Below, one piece after another: positions 25,337 through 38,149 of a stretch of DNA of 64,000 nt. Where the stretch lies: the NCBI RefSeq assembly GCF_009914755.1, contig NC_060931.1. The stretch is one strand, 5' to 3'. The notes beneath the pieces are model-generated. The model made no database searches, was not told where the DNA came from, and worked only from the letters and a program-made list of their open reading frames with translations. The stretch comes from the human T2T-CHM13v2.0 reference genome, Homo sapiens. How positions within the stretch are numbered: position 1 is the stretch's first letter; the number at the start of each line of letters is the position of its first letter. The position numbers and the translations under genes were made by a program.

Positions 25337-27199
25337 GGAGTGAGGCCCCCTCCAGGAGTAGATGTTGGGCGTACTGAATGTAAGCCCTGGGCCCTCCTCC
25401 ATGTGAGTCAATCAGTCTGGAAAGGACCTCCCACTCTACAAAGTTTCCAGCGCCTGAAAAGCAGGCTCTGTGTGCTTTTCTCCTTGCATGTTCTTCTCTT
25501 ACACGACCTGATACTTAGTAATTGCTCAAAGTCCAGTGCATATGCTGGAACAGTCTCTTGGGCCTGCTCTGATTAGGGCTCTTTTTCTGGGCCAAACAAG
25601 ACTCCGGTGGAACTCCAGACACAGACAGATTGGTGGTGCAACATTCTAGCAAGAGACGACATCAAGCAAGTTCTTAAAAATAATTCCCTGCCTTCATACA
25701 CTTGGATTACAGTCTCTGTGTACATTCCCAAATGGGATGATGCACCTGTAACCCAATCAACTAAGAAACATTGTCAACAGTTTTCTGACCTGCGTAAGAT
25801 TGTTATGTAATCTGGCCAGAAGTGCAGGTCTTTCTAATAATCCAGTGTAATCATCTTCAGCTCCTCCCTGTATCAGACCCATCCTGTATGCCTCTTTGCT
25901 TCACCTGTCTCCCAGGCCCTTAGCTGCTTGTGTCCTGCAGTAGCCATTGTTTAGCCCGATTCTAGGAGTGCAGCAGGCAGGTCAGCCTCACCTAAGCCCC
26001 ATCTGTGGAGATGGATGCCCAAAGTCTCTACCATGCCTGGATTCCATGAAGCCCTGGGCCAATGGGTGCAAGATCTCTGTCACACCCGGGCCAGATGTTG
26101 CAGCAAGAAGTGCAGGGGCATGGAGGGAATGAGCGGGTAATTATCCTCTTTGTTCCAAAACCTCTCATGGCTTGTTCCAAGAACAGAGAGCACACAACAC
26201 ATAAAGGTAAAATGGTAAGAATTCTGCTTGTACTCCTGGGCACATGCCCCCCAAAGGTATCTCAGCTGTCCTTGCTCTATGCGTAAGACATAGCCATACA
26301 AATTCAAGATTAAATCCCATCCACAAGGCTTGATACTTCAACTTTTTCAATAATGACAAACATAAGGGACTCAGATTCCTTCCAGTGAAAAAGACTATAT
26401 GATTTCTTTCGCTCCTAGAGTGCTTTAAAATGCATACCTCACTAACCCTCCACTTCCCTCTCCCTGTAGGAAATGAACAATAAATGATACTCCTTTAGGT
26501 TAGAGGCACTATCTTAGACACCATTAAGACACACACACGTGTGTGTGAGCTCTTTCCCCACTCACAAAACCCAGACAAATGCTTTTAAGCTCTTCTTTGA
26601 AATTTTTTAAAATTCAGATCATTTTCCAGGATTTTACTTGGCTGAATTCATCCAATGCTCTTTGTTTTTTCCATCATGGATCAGCAAAGGCAATTTTTCA
26701 GAATGACTCTGGAGGGATTATTTATTTAATGCTTTTCTTCCCTGAGAGGAACTTGCCTCTTTACCTCATTTTGAGCTGAATCTGACTGACTCAGTCTTGT
26801 GATAGAGGTTGGTGAGTGTAAATATCTAGTCTTTTTCGCAACAAAATAGAAAATCTACTTTTCATGACATGTTTCTTTTGCTCAGTGCAGGCTCCTGGGT
26901 TCCTATGTTCAAATTGCACACGGAGAGATTCTAGGAAAGTTTTGATGTCTTGAGGCTTACTAGTGCACTCCCGTCGATCTATCTGCCTAGTCTCAATAAG
27001 TATTTCTTTATAGAGCAGAAGAGGAGGAAATAACTCTTTACTATGGAAGCATACACCTTTGCAGGCCTCTGGGGGCTGATTATGAAGTTGTGTTATATGA
27101 GCATTGCCTTCAAAGCCTCGTTCTAGGCAAGCTGGTCTATGGAGAGTATCTAAGAATACAGGCTGTGTGCAGAGGTTTTCAAAGAGGGATTCTGTGCTC

Positions 27200-27615
27200 A
27201 CTTTCAACACATCATTCCATGGCTGCTCCCCCGTCAACCACATTTTAGGGTTATCTCCTTTGTACACATAAATTTAAAACTCCTTAGACTGCATGCAAGA
27301 CCATTTGCAGAAGAGCTGCCAATCATCTCTCCCTCTTTAATTCACTCCCCTCAGCGGCATCCCTCCAAGACCCGTGCTCCTATTCCAGAGCAGACCCAAA
27401 TCCACCATCCTCAAACTCATCTTCTGTTTACCCACCTCAGGCTCCTTCCTTACAGAGATCCCACTACCGGAAAGTATCATTCTCACCTTCTGAAAATAAT
27501 CATACCCACCTTCCCAGGCCCAAATTAAATGGCATCTTCTCCAGGAAGCCTCCTCAGATGGCCCATCCCAACCGGAATTCATCTCCCCTCCTCCAGTCTC
27601 CTCACACTCTGTGCT
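27200..27615 (+). mobile_element. L2 fragment (3' end resumes at about 28325-28475)
   Basis: AAAACTCCTTAG; CCCAGGCCCAAATTAAATGGCATCTTCTCCAGGAAGCCTCCTC; later AGGGCAGGGATCAAGTCTTACTCATC...GCACTCAATAAAT. Confidence 0.7.
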
Positions 27616-27649
27616 TCTATTTTGTGGGATTTATTAGAAAGATGGGGAA

Positions 27650-27954
<305 letters not shown>

Positions 27955-28754
27955 CTAGGGCAAATCGCATACAGGTGTTTTGAATTTCACTCCTGTTTTG
28001 TTAGGAGGGAATGTGATTTTGTGAGACTGAAACCTGGCAGCAGCAAAGCAGGAAAGGCCAGTGGGTTTGAAGAAGACAATATGTTCCAGTGTATTCCAGC
28101 ATCCTTTGGGATGAGATCTCTACGGGAGAGCCAGAGACTGGGACCAAGGTTTTAAAATCCAGCGTTATGGAAAGAGCTGAAATTTGATCTGTGTCTGTGT
28201 TGGTGGTGATGACTAACGAACAGCGATAGAGAGAAGTTGCCTTACATCTGAAATGCTGTCCAAAATTCTTTGTGTCTCTGAGGTTAAGACCATTAGATTG
28301 AGGTGGCTGGAGTTAATAGGGCTAGAGCACTTATCACAGACAGACTGATGGGTCTTGTCTTTGCACCTGTCTCATTCGCTTGGCTTTAAGCATCTTTAGG
28401 GCAGGGATCAAGTCTTACTCATCTTGAGACCTCCCACATACTGGCACTCAATAAATAATGGTTGTAGAATTCAATTGGGTTAAATTAAATGAGCCCTGGG
28501 AAAGGTTTCTATCCTAATAGTTTCTTAATAGCATCTATAAGAAAACTAGACTCAATTTTATGTAGCTTTAAAACATTTTACTTAGTTTGAATCAGCTTCA
28601 AGAAGGCAAATGCTTCTTTCAAATAGGTAAGTTTGTCTGAAATATAAAACCAGTAGAAAAGGCCTTCATCTGACTAAGCCCTAAGCAACTCAGTCTAGCA
28701 TTGGTCCATTAATACTCTTTGCTTTGTAATTTTTCAAATATTAAAAAAATTCAG

Positions 28755-28814
28755 GATCATGCCACAGCACTCCAGCCTGAATGACAGAGCAGGACCCCAT
28801 CTCTAAAAAATAAA
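28755..28814 (+). mobile_element. Alu 3'-terminal fragment (J-type)
   Basis: GATCATGCCACAGCACTCCAGCCTGAATGACAGAGCAGGACCCCATCTCTAAAAAATAAA. Confidence 0.85.
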
Positions 28815-28899
28815 CTTCTGATACAGAGAATTTATGTCAACCTTATGACTGGGGGAAAATAAAATATGCACAAAAAAGAAAATGAAAATACCTGTGGCT

Positions 28900-29127
28900 G
28901 GCCAGGTGCAGTGGCTCACGCTTGTAATCCAAGCACTTTTGGAGATCCAGGCAGTTGATTGCTTGAGCCCAGGAGTTCAGACCAGCCTGGGAAGCATAGT
29001 GAAACTCCATCTTTACAAAAAATACAAAAATTAGCTGGATGTGGTGGGACACGCCTGTAGGTAGCCTCAGTAGCCTCCCAGCTACTGAGGTGAGAGGATC
29101 GCTTGAGCCTGAGAGGTTGAGGATGCA
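28900..29127 (+). mobile_element. AluJ lacking its 3' end
   Basis: GGCCAGGTGCAGTGGCTCACG...GATCGCTTGAGCCTGAGAGGTTGAGGATGCA, then L1-like sequence. Confidence 0.9.
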
Positions 29128-29573
29128 CAAAACTCATGCCACCCAAAGATAAATGCTCCGTCAACATTTTGGTATATGACTTTCCTACCCTTCCCCTAGT
29201 ATCTCTGGACCTCCCCTAGGATCTAATAACTGAAGTCTTCCAGGATGCTATTCCAGGACTATGGCTGGCATCCTTTCTGTTTGGTCTTTGCCTGAGTCTT
29301 GCCTTGAATGTCACCCTACTTTCTCTTTCTGAGTTCACTCCCACTCATTCTAAAGTTTCCCACTTTATGCTCTCTCCTCTTTCCCTGTCTGTTAAAATTT
29401 GTTCCCAGCAAAAGCTCTCACTCACTCACATTAAAGTGTAAATCATGACTAAAGCTTTGCATGCTACCCATTCCAGAAGTATTTGCATTTAGAGCTGAAG
29501 CCTTAAATGAAAGAACTGGATCTCCAGCTCTGAGCTATAGAGCCCTAATAAAGTACTTCTTCATATACTATTT

Positions 29574-29756
29574 CTGGAGGCATATCCAGGTTTTGGAATC
29601 CTTGGTGTCAATATTGAAGACCTGCCTTAAGAAAAAAAATCAAAATTATAAATATAAAATTAGATATAAAAGAATATTTAGAAGAAAGCCATAAAAGTGA
29701 GCATCATGCATAACTAAAGTTCAATATTTAGAAGCTTTATGATAGACTCACTTCTG
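29574..29756. mobile_element. MER53-like hAT MITE
   Basis: GAGGCATATCCAGGTTTTG ... TTAAGAAAAAAAATCAAAATTATAAATATAAAATTAG ... AGCTTTATGATAGACTCACTTCTG. Confidence 0.65.
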
Positions 29757-29764
29757 ATGTTTTA

Positions 29765-30010
29765 AAATTGATCCTTAGCATCCAGTGAAATTGGCAAGGT
29801 AGGTACCATTAGCCCCACTTTACAGATAAGAAAACTGAGACCCAGAGAAGCTACACAATCAAAGAACAGAATCACGTACTGATAGATGCTGGAGGTATCT
29901 GCCCTAATGAACCAAAGCCAAAAAGAGTTAAATGCTGTGTTGTAACAAAGAAAATATTTGTAGATGAGATCCGAACCCAGATCTCCTGGCTCCAAGCCTG
30001 CTGTTCTCTA
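29765..30010 (-). mobile_element. MIR
   Basis: CCCCACTTTACAGATAAGAAAACTGAGACCCAGAGA; GAACCCAGATCTCCTGGCTCCAAG. Confidence 0.75.
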
Positions 30011-30699
30011 GTATCCATGCCATCCAGAGGCTGAACTGAGGCTACAATTCACAGCTGCTGAACTTGACTCTCCACGACTTTTTCTCCCCACCCCAATGTG
30101 AACTTACCCCCTAAAAAGAAAAGAAAAGAGATGCTATAGTTGCATATTTGACATTTTCATAGATATAAACATGGTGATAACAAAACTAAGAGTATTGATA
30201 TGTGAGGAGTCCTGAGAGAAATATGGATATGTCAGCTTTCATATGATAGCAGCGCCCAGAAAATTTTCATGTCAAATTTCTATGAAGTAAATTACATGGT
30301 GAATAAAGAACTCACTATTTTGAGGAACTCCATAATAAAACCTCCTGTTAAAAATTAAAAGAATTCTTGTCAATCAAAGAATAACATTCCAATTTCTCTC
30401 TTGACAGTTTGAACGTTCATACCCAGAGATTTCCTAAGGCAGAGCACAATTGCACACACTGGGAAAAATGTTGGAATTCGGACAGGCCTGTGAGGTGAAT
30501 GGAAATAAAACCTGAGACATGGTTTAGATTCATTCAACAATAAGAGTAGGTTCCCACGCTGTGAAAATATATGTTGGTCCTGCTGGTTTTGTTTTCATCT
30601 CAACCATGTGAATGACGTTGCCAATAAGATTTTTAGTTCTGTCTTTGAAATGCAATTATTCTGCCCGTTCCCATAGAAACTCTGGTAGGTTGATGACAG

Positions 30700-31039
30700 T
30701 AATGGCTATGATTGGCCACACCTGTCTTGGACCCTGGAGCTGCATTGTCAACAATCCTGGGCTAGCTTGCTGGAGAATGAGAGCCAGGAGATTCAGTACC
30801 TCCTTTTCCACCCACCATTGCCCTAGCTGACAGCCACTCAACCGCCAGACATGCAAGGCCATCCTAGACCAGCCAGCCGCCGACTGATTTGCCAGCTGAC
30901 TGCAGACCTTAGCCCAGGCTAAGTCCTTCAAGACTGAAAGAACCACCCAGGCTATCCACACACTCATGAGCTAAATAAATGATTGCTGTTTTAAGACATT
31001 TAGTTTGGGGATGGTTTATTTTCACAATGAACTGATACA
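30700..31039 (+). mobile_element. MLT1G/H-like MaLR LTR, 3' part
   Basis: GGCCATCCTAGACCAGCCAGCC, CCAGCTGACTGCAGAC, AATAAATGATTGCTGTTTTAAG...TTTGGGGATGGTTT...ACTGATACA. Confidence 0.8.
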
Positions 31040-31420
31040 GAAAACAACCATAATACATTCCTGCAAAGAATTAGCTACTTTGAGAGCATTTTCTGCTTAA
31101 ATGGACTGAACTTTTAGCATTGGTGGTTGATATTCCATCCTTCATCTGTCTGAATGTCTTAGAGACCTATAAACTGTGTAGTCTGAACATAAATAATTCT
31201 GCAGTATGGATATATTCACATGGAGTCACTGACATATGTTTGGCAAGAACATTGTTCTGGCAGTCATTAAAATGCAGAAAAAATAAAGTTTTCAGAACAA
31301 AGTGAGCTTTTTGATGAACAGATTTGACTAGACACTCACTCTAAAGATTCAGTGATTTCTCTTCCAGCATCTCACCAAATAATCAAAACTTTTCAGATAG
31401 GCTGTGATTACTAATAAAGT

Positions 31421-31580
31421 AGGGGTTTGGCAGCCCGGCCACCTATTTTTGTAAATAAAGTTTTATTGGAACACAGTCATGCTCGTTCATTTACATATTG
31501 TCTATGGCTGCTTTTGTGTGAAGACAGCAGAGTTGAGAAATTGCAACAGAGACATTGTATCTCACAAAACCTAAACACTG
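31421..31580 (+). mobile_element. MER58A fragment
   Basis: TTTTTGTAAATAAAGTTTTATTGGAACACAGTCATGCTCGTTCATTTACATATTGTCTATGGCTGCTTT. Confidence 0.85.
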
Positions 31581-32046
31581 CAGTATACCACAAATATCTT
31601 TCTAAAGTAAATTCATTAAAATAGCTATTATTAAGATACTTTCGAATTACAGTCTCAGGCTTGACAAAACCTAACCAATCACATTGCAAGGAGAGATAGT
31701 ACAGAAAGGGAGGAAGGGGCATGTGGGGGGTGTTGTCACAAAAATTGCAGGAATACAACCATTATTGGCCCTATTAGATGGACTTCTCTCAAGCCACAGT
31801 TAGGTTATACAAACAGGTGAGCCAGTAGTCATAAAGCATTTACAACAAAGTCAAGCTCTACTGAGCTTTGCCCATCTGTTTTTCTGTAGCCCATTCATTA
31901 ATCATATTCCTTATGAGTCACCCGATTCCTTTGCCAGAACCACAGTTATGTTTCAAGAATATTAGAACTCACAGCCAGGCAGACAGACGCTCTGGGCTTG
32001 ACATTCATCTTTCAAAGTGTCAGTGTCTTTATAAAGCGACCACCAG

Positions 32047-32376
<330 letters not shown>

Positions 32377-33471
32377 TCACTCCCAAGTTGGACACTGTGA
32401 CTGTGAGTTGGTGGTTGTGGTGCTGCTTATGCGACAGTAGTTGTGGCAACTAGTGGCACAGCTTCTACAAACCAAATGCAGCCACTGCTCAGGCCTGCAG
32501 ACCCTAGCTCAGCTCGTTGGAGGGAGGCCCTAGGCCTCAAGCTCTGGTAACTCTCACCCTACTGAAGGAACAAGGTGCCTGGCTGGTGCCTCACTCAGTG
32601 AGGCCACAGATGGGAAGATGACAAAATGGTGTGCCACCAGCTTGTCCTAAAAACAGACAGGAAGTTTGTCTTGGCAGGAAGTGGTTCTGTACACTCAAGT
32701 TATTAGCAGTATAATTCTGGGTGGTAGGAAGGCCAGTGGTTTTATTTTTTTTTCATCGATGCACATTTTCTGCAGTGCTATGTATTAACTGTATAAAAAA
32801 AAAACAACCCAGAAATGATAAAAGGTGTTTTTCAAAGGACCCCAGTCCCATTTCTAAGGCAAATAATGGGCCTGGGGTCCTTTGAAAAACAGCTTCAATC
32901 ATTTCTTTTTGATGGGGGAAGACAGATCACCAGACTTTGCAGCCGCACACTCCCCATTTGGAACGCTGACTACTTTTACCCCTTCAAATCTAGCCTTGAT
33001 GCTTGTTTTTAAGACACCTCCCATGCACAAAAGCATTACTGGGTGATTTGCCTTGGGCCCGCCTCCTTCACCCCAGGCCTGCTCTGGCCAAACCTTTTGT
33101 TTGGGAACAGTTTGATTTTGCTATGGCAAGGACTCCAAAACCTGCCTTGCCATTAGGAACACCTGAAGGAGTTGAATGCAAAATATTATTTCCAGGGGTC
33201 CAGACCAGTTTAGTAGCTGAGGAGCAGGATCTGAATAGCTGCCTTTTGAAATTCTCCAAGTGTTTTTGATGATCAGCCCCATTTCGGACCAGATCCTTGT
33301 GGAACAACCGCCAGCACCTGGGTCTGATCTCGCTGGGAAGGTAACCCCAGGCTCACGCTGGGCCTCATGGAAGGCAACAAGATGGACACGGCAGAGAGAT
33401 TCATGGATTACCTCTTGTTCATCACGTTGTTTTCTTTTCTCCAAAGCTGTTTTTCTTCTTTTAATTTTCTT

Positions 33472-33716
33472 CATTGGTTAAGACCCTGAACTCTGAAACC
33501 ATTCTGCCTATGTCCAGAACTTGCCTCTGCCACTTTCTAGTTGTGAGAATCAAGGCAAGTTTCTTAATCTCTCTGTGCCTCAAGCTCCCTTATCTGTACA
33601 ATAAGGATCCTAGTAGTATCTACTCCACAGAACTGTCAGGAGGATTAGATGAGTAAATATAAAAAGTGCTTAGAAGAGTGCCCTGCATATGGTAAAGATA
33701 ACTAAGGGTGGCTATT
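33472..33716 (+). mobile_element. MIR, near full length
   Basis: TGGTTAAGA...CTCTGCCACTTTCTAG...GGCAAGTTTCTTAATCTCTCTGTGCCTCA...AAAGTGCTTAGAAGAGTGCC. Confidence 0.85.
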
Positions 33717-34100
33717 TTTTTTTTTTATCATTGTTTGACTTTTTTTGGCCTATTACGCAGTCCTAGGAGCTCTTGCTTTGTGCCCCTTTCTGAAGGAAGT
33801 GCAGTTTCCTTCGGGCACTGTCACCTGCTCAGAGAGGGAGATTTAGGATGGGCTTGTCAGTCTTTATTCAGATACAATGCCTAACATGGCATGTAAGCTA
33901 TGAGGGCAATAATGTGCCAGTGAGCACCTCACAGAGGTATAGGACAGAGGTGGTACAACACAACTGCATGGGGCACCTCTGGGTCCTATCACTGTGTCTA
34001 CTGCTGGTGACTAGGGACAAAGCAGTTCCACCTCAAGGCCAGCATATGTAGAGGCTACCTGACCCAGGTCACACTCTTCTTTCCCATCTATAGGGCTGGC

Positions 34101-34479
34101 TGTCTTAGCCTATTCTGGCTGATATAACAAAATACCATAGACTAGGTGGCTTCTAAACAACAGAAATTTATTTTTCACAGTTCTGGAGGCTGGGAAGTCC
34201 AAGCAAGGGACTGGCAGATTCAGTGTCTGGTGAGCATTCACCTTCTGGTTCACACATGGAGCCCTCTAGCTTTGTCCTCACATAGCGAAAGGGGCATGCT
34301 AGCTCTCTGGGGTCTTTTAGTAATGGCACTAATCTCAATCTCGATGGGTCTGTCCTGATGATCTAATCACTTTCCAAAGGCCCCCACCTCCTAATACCAT
34401 CAAATTGGTGATTAGGTTTCAACATATAAATTTGGGGGGCTGGAGGTGGGGCATGGACAAAAACATTGAGACCATAGCA
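34101..34479 (-). mobile_element. MLT1A/A0 solo LTR, complete
   Basis: TGTCTTAG...AACAACAGAAATTTATT...CCCCACCTCCTAATACCATC...CCATAGCA; perfect 5-bp TSD CTGGC at 34096-34100 and 34480-34484. Confidence 0.9.
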
Positions 34480-35259
34480 CTGGCCATTTGGAAAATACCC
34501 AATATTTTAAGATGCAATTATCAAAACAATGGACCCAAAGCAATTGGATAAGTTGAGAAATTTTATCACTTGCCAAGTTTCAGTTGCAAGTGTGGAGTTT
34601 TCAGCTTAGTGAATTCCTTACTCTTGTTGATACTAAGGGTTAACAAACAACATAGCCATAGCTGACCACAGAGAGCGGGAAGGAATGAAAACAACTTTCC
34701 TGCAACCTGTCAACTCTGTACCTGGAGCGATTTGGGATGGCAGAGCTCCAGAAACAGCAAAAAGCTGCCATTAACAGTGTAAATGTAGTCTTTTACATGA
34801 ACATTGTGACTGCTTTTTTTTTTTGAAACTACATTATTAGCAACTCACAATGAATCAGTTATTTTTAGTCACCAATCATGAGTCTTCTATTCCCAGATTT
34901 GCATTAGATACTTCACCTGATAATTTAATGAGCACACCTCATAAAAATAGCACAATTATCTATATTTACAACCTGGAAATTTCTAGTGTCACCTTATGTT
35001 TGGTGTTGTTAGCATTTACTAGATGCCTTCCAGGATAAATAAATGGTAAATGGTGCAAAGAATATCCCCTCTAGGCATTCAGAGTCAGTCACCGAGGTGG
35101 AAAGAGTGGAAGAATTCAAGTGAGACCACATGAGTGTGAGGCCCAACTCTAAACTTTGTGTCTCTTTAGGCACATGTCTTAATCTCTCTGAGACTGCTTC
35201 TTAAACCAGGAATAACAGCCACCTTATGGAGGGTAGCAAAGAAATTAAAGCCCATAAGC

Positions 35260-35641
35260 ATTCCATTGCTCCCCTGCATTTCCCAACCATGCCCAGCTAG
35301 GCAGGGCTGGGTGACTAGCCTAGCTAATGAAAGATAAGTGGAAATGATGCTTCACTTCCAGCTGAGGCCGTGAAAAGCCCATGTGTGATTACCCCATCTC
35401 TCTCTCCCCTAGTCCAAGAGACTGAAAAGGCCACATTTTTTCAGATGGTGCAGTTTACAAGACGGGGACTCCTCTTTTAGCTTGGGTCCCTGAGTGACTT
35501 TGTGGAGCACAGCATTCACTTCCCCTCACCCTTATGGTCTCTTAATGAATAGAGAGCATGAATAAGAAAGTCTTTATTGTGTCAAGGGATTTCCAGGTTA
35601 CTTCCTCCACTCAGCATAATGTAGCCCACCTTCACTAATAA
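35260..35641 (+). mobile_element. Old MaLR LTR (MLT1J/K-like)
   Basis: CACTTCCAGCTGAGGCCGTGAAAAG, AGCTTGGGTCCCTGAGTGACTTTGTGGAGCACAG, CAGCATAA...ACTAATA. Confidence 0.7.
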
Positions 35642-35858
35642 CTGGGGTTGTTTTGAGGTGGTAAAATGTAGCAGTAAAGAACAAGGTTTCTGGGGTCACA
35701 CTGCCTGGATTTGAAACTGAGCTCCGTTATTCATTAGCTTTTTGATTGCCCTGGGCCTCAGTTTCCTCACTTATATCATGAAGATGATGTCTTACATGAT
35801 TGCTATAAATATTAAATCAATAGATAGAAAGCTCTGAGAACAACGCCTTACTCATAAG

Positions 35859-36533
35859 TGTTATGGGTGAAAGTATACACCCCCTTAAATTCTTATATTG
35901 AAGTCCTAAACCCCAGTACCTCTGAATGTGACTATGTCTAGAGTTAGGGCCTTTAAAGAGGCAGTGAAGGTTAAATGAGGTCATATGGGTGGGCCCTAAT
36001 CCAGTATGACTGGTGGTTTTGTTGTTGTTGTTGTTGTTTGTTTGTTTTTGAGATGGAGTCTTGCTCTTGTTGCCCAGGCTGAAGTGCAAAGGCGTGATCT
36101 TGGCTCACCACAATCTCCACCTCCCAGGTTCAAACAGTTCTCCTGCCTCAGCCTCCTGAGTAGCTGGGATTACAGGCATGCACAGAGATGGGGTTTCTCC
36201 ATGTTGGTCAGGCTGGTCTCGAACTCCCGACCTCAGGTGATCTGCCCGCCTCGGCCTCCCAAAATGCTGGGATTACAGGCATGAACCACTGTGCCTGGCC
36301 ATGACTGGTGTTTTTTAAGAAGAGGGGATTAGAACACAAACCTAGAGGAAAGGTCAGTGAAGACAGGGAAAAGATAACCATCTACAAGCAGAAAGGCCTC
36401 AGAAGAAATCAAATCCGGTTCACACCTTGATGGTGGGACTTCTAGCCTCCAGAATTGTGAGGAAATGCATTTCTCTTGTTTAAGCCATCCAGTCTGTCAT
36501 ACTTTGTTATAGCAGCCCTAGCTAACTAGTACA
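35859..36533 (+). mobile_element. MLT1B solo LTR interrupted by an Alu
   Basis: TGTTATGGG...CCCCAGTACCTCTGAATGTGAC ... TTGTTATAGCAGCCCTAGCTAACTAGTACA; TSD ATAAG/GTAAG. Confidence 0.9.
36017..36300 (-). mobile_element. AluSp with the inter-arm linker deleted
   Basis: CTCTTGTTGCCC, TTTCTCCATGTTGGTCAGG, CCCGACCTC; TSD ATGACTGGTG at 36006 and 36301. Confidence 0.92.
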
Positions 36534-36647
36534 GTAAGCACTCGATAAATAGCAGCTACTATGAGATACATTGCCAAGCATATACTAGATATTCAGTAAA
36601 TGTAAGTTTCCGTTTCCACCACTCTCTCCTTTTCCCCTGGATTTCCC

Positions 36648-36824
36648 CAGGGTGATCCTCAACCCTGGCTGCACATTAAACTATCTTGGAGAGAACTGAA
36701 AAGGTGCCAAGCCCACGCTGTAACCCTAGTTTCTCATTTACATGGCTTGGGTGGGACCCAGCACTGATAGGCTCTTATGCTTGTCAGGTGAGTCTAATGT
36801 GTGCCGCCAGGGTTGAGAACTACT
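36648..36824. mobile_element. MER5B-like MITE
   Basis: CTCAACCCTGGCTGCACATTA ... TAATGTGTGCCGCCAGGGTTGAGAACTACT terminal inverted repeats. Confidence 0.8.
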
Positions 36825-37739
36825 CTTCCACTCTTGGCCTCAAATTGATGCTTACCTGCTTAATACTCCAAAGTTTTCCCAAATCTGGTAACAACAAAAA
36901 CAGGGTGTGAGATTCCCGTAAGCCAATATCCTTTCCTAGCTCCAGGAAGGTGGCATTCAAACTACCAAGGGAAAAACCAAGGCTGCATTATGCTGACATG
37001 ACAGCTGGGCTGACAGTGTGCATTTTTTACTCAAGCCATGGACAGAGCAGCTGATCTGCTTTAGCATTTAACCCATCTGCTGCAGGGAGGGGAGAGGAGG
37101 GACCCGAAAGAAATCAGGTTCAGAGTTTTGGTACTCAAGACACCCAGAACTTCAGCTGCCTTCCGTTCTATTTGTTCCATTTGGGTTGCAAGAAACAGGA
37201 GCTTGCTTATGTGGGCCCAAGTAAAGACGATGGGATAGGAAGATACAACAGGCAAGCTCATGGAAATGGAAGGTCCTGAGGCCAGGCCCAGCACAACCAC
37301 AGGGAGAACACTCCTGGGTAGTAAGGAGCAGAGAGGACTTCCTCCTCCTCCCAGACTCCACACGACTTCTCTCATCTGTGCGCCTTTGATCTAATCATTG
37401 TCTCTCTCAACTGGTTTCACTTGCTTCCTCCTCTGGCTTGCTTTTTCCAAGGCATTGAGACTCCTTGGCTCAAATTCCTACCACAAATTGGTGGCAATAT
37501 TTTACTTTCGTTCAAATTAGCTCACTAAAATTTGATCATCTCTGCTTTTTTATTTGAGCTGGAACACCTAAATTATAGGTCTTCGATCAACCAACAAATT
37601 GGCTGGTCTCAGATTAGGAATTTACTCCTGGTCTCTTCAGCTATGGATGAGGAAGAAAGGCCATAACACGGAACCATTGGAAGTACCAACTGGGACACTA
37701 AGACACTATGGATACTAGATGTCAAAATGAGTGGTCATA

Positions 37740-38054
37740 CAGTCATGCGTTGCTTAATGATGGGGATACATTCTGAGAAATATATTGGTAGGCAATTTTG
37801 TTATTGTGTGAATATCATAGGGTGTACTTACAAAAACCTAGACAGTATAGCCTATTGCTCCTAGGCTACAAATCTGTGCAGCATGCTACTGTGCTGAATA
37901 CTGTAGGCAACTGTAACACAACGGTAAGTATTTATCTGCTAGACATATCTAAACATAGAAAAGGTACAGTAAAAATATGGTATTATAATCTTATGGAACC
38001 ACCATTATATATGTTCTATTGTTGACCTAAACATTGTTATGTGGCACATGACTT
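37740..38054. mobile_element. Tigger3a/MER7-like (TcMar-Tigger) MITE
   Basis: TA|CAGTCATGCGTTGCTTAATGATGGGGATACATTCTGAGAAA ... TGTTATGTGGCACATGACT. Confidence 0.85.
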
Positions 38055-38149
38055 TCAAACAGGTGGTTGAGCACAGCTAGAGTATTTTCAGACTCACTTT
38101 GAGGAGGACAAAGAGTAAAGACAGGATTTTTGCAGAAGTATTTCTTTGG

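Larger units (their letters stand above)
35660..36562 (+). mobile_element. MIR split by MLT1B
   Basis: CTGCCTGGATTTGAAAC, GGCCTCAGTTTCCTCAC; 3' end GTAAGCACTCGATAAATAGCAGCTA resumes at 36534. Confidence 0.75.

Noticed and set aside
32588-32604. Palindrome GCCTCACT-c-AGTGAGGC
   Set aside because: With 8-bp arms, about one is expected per spacer length in a window this size
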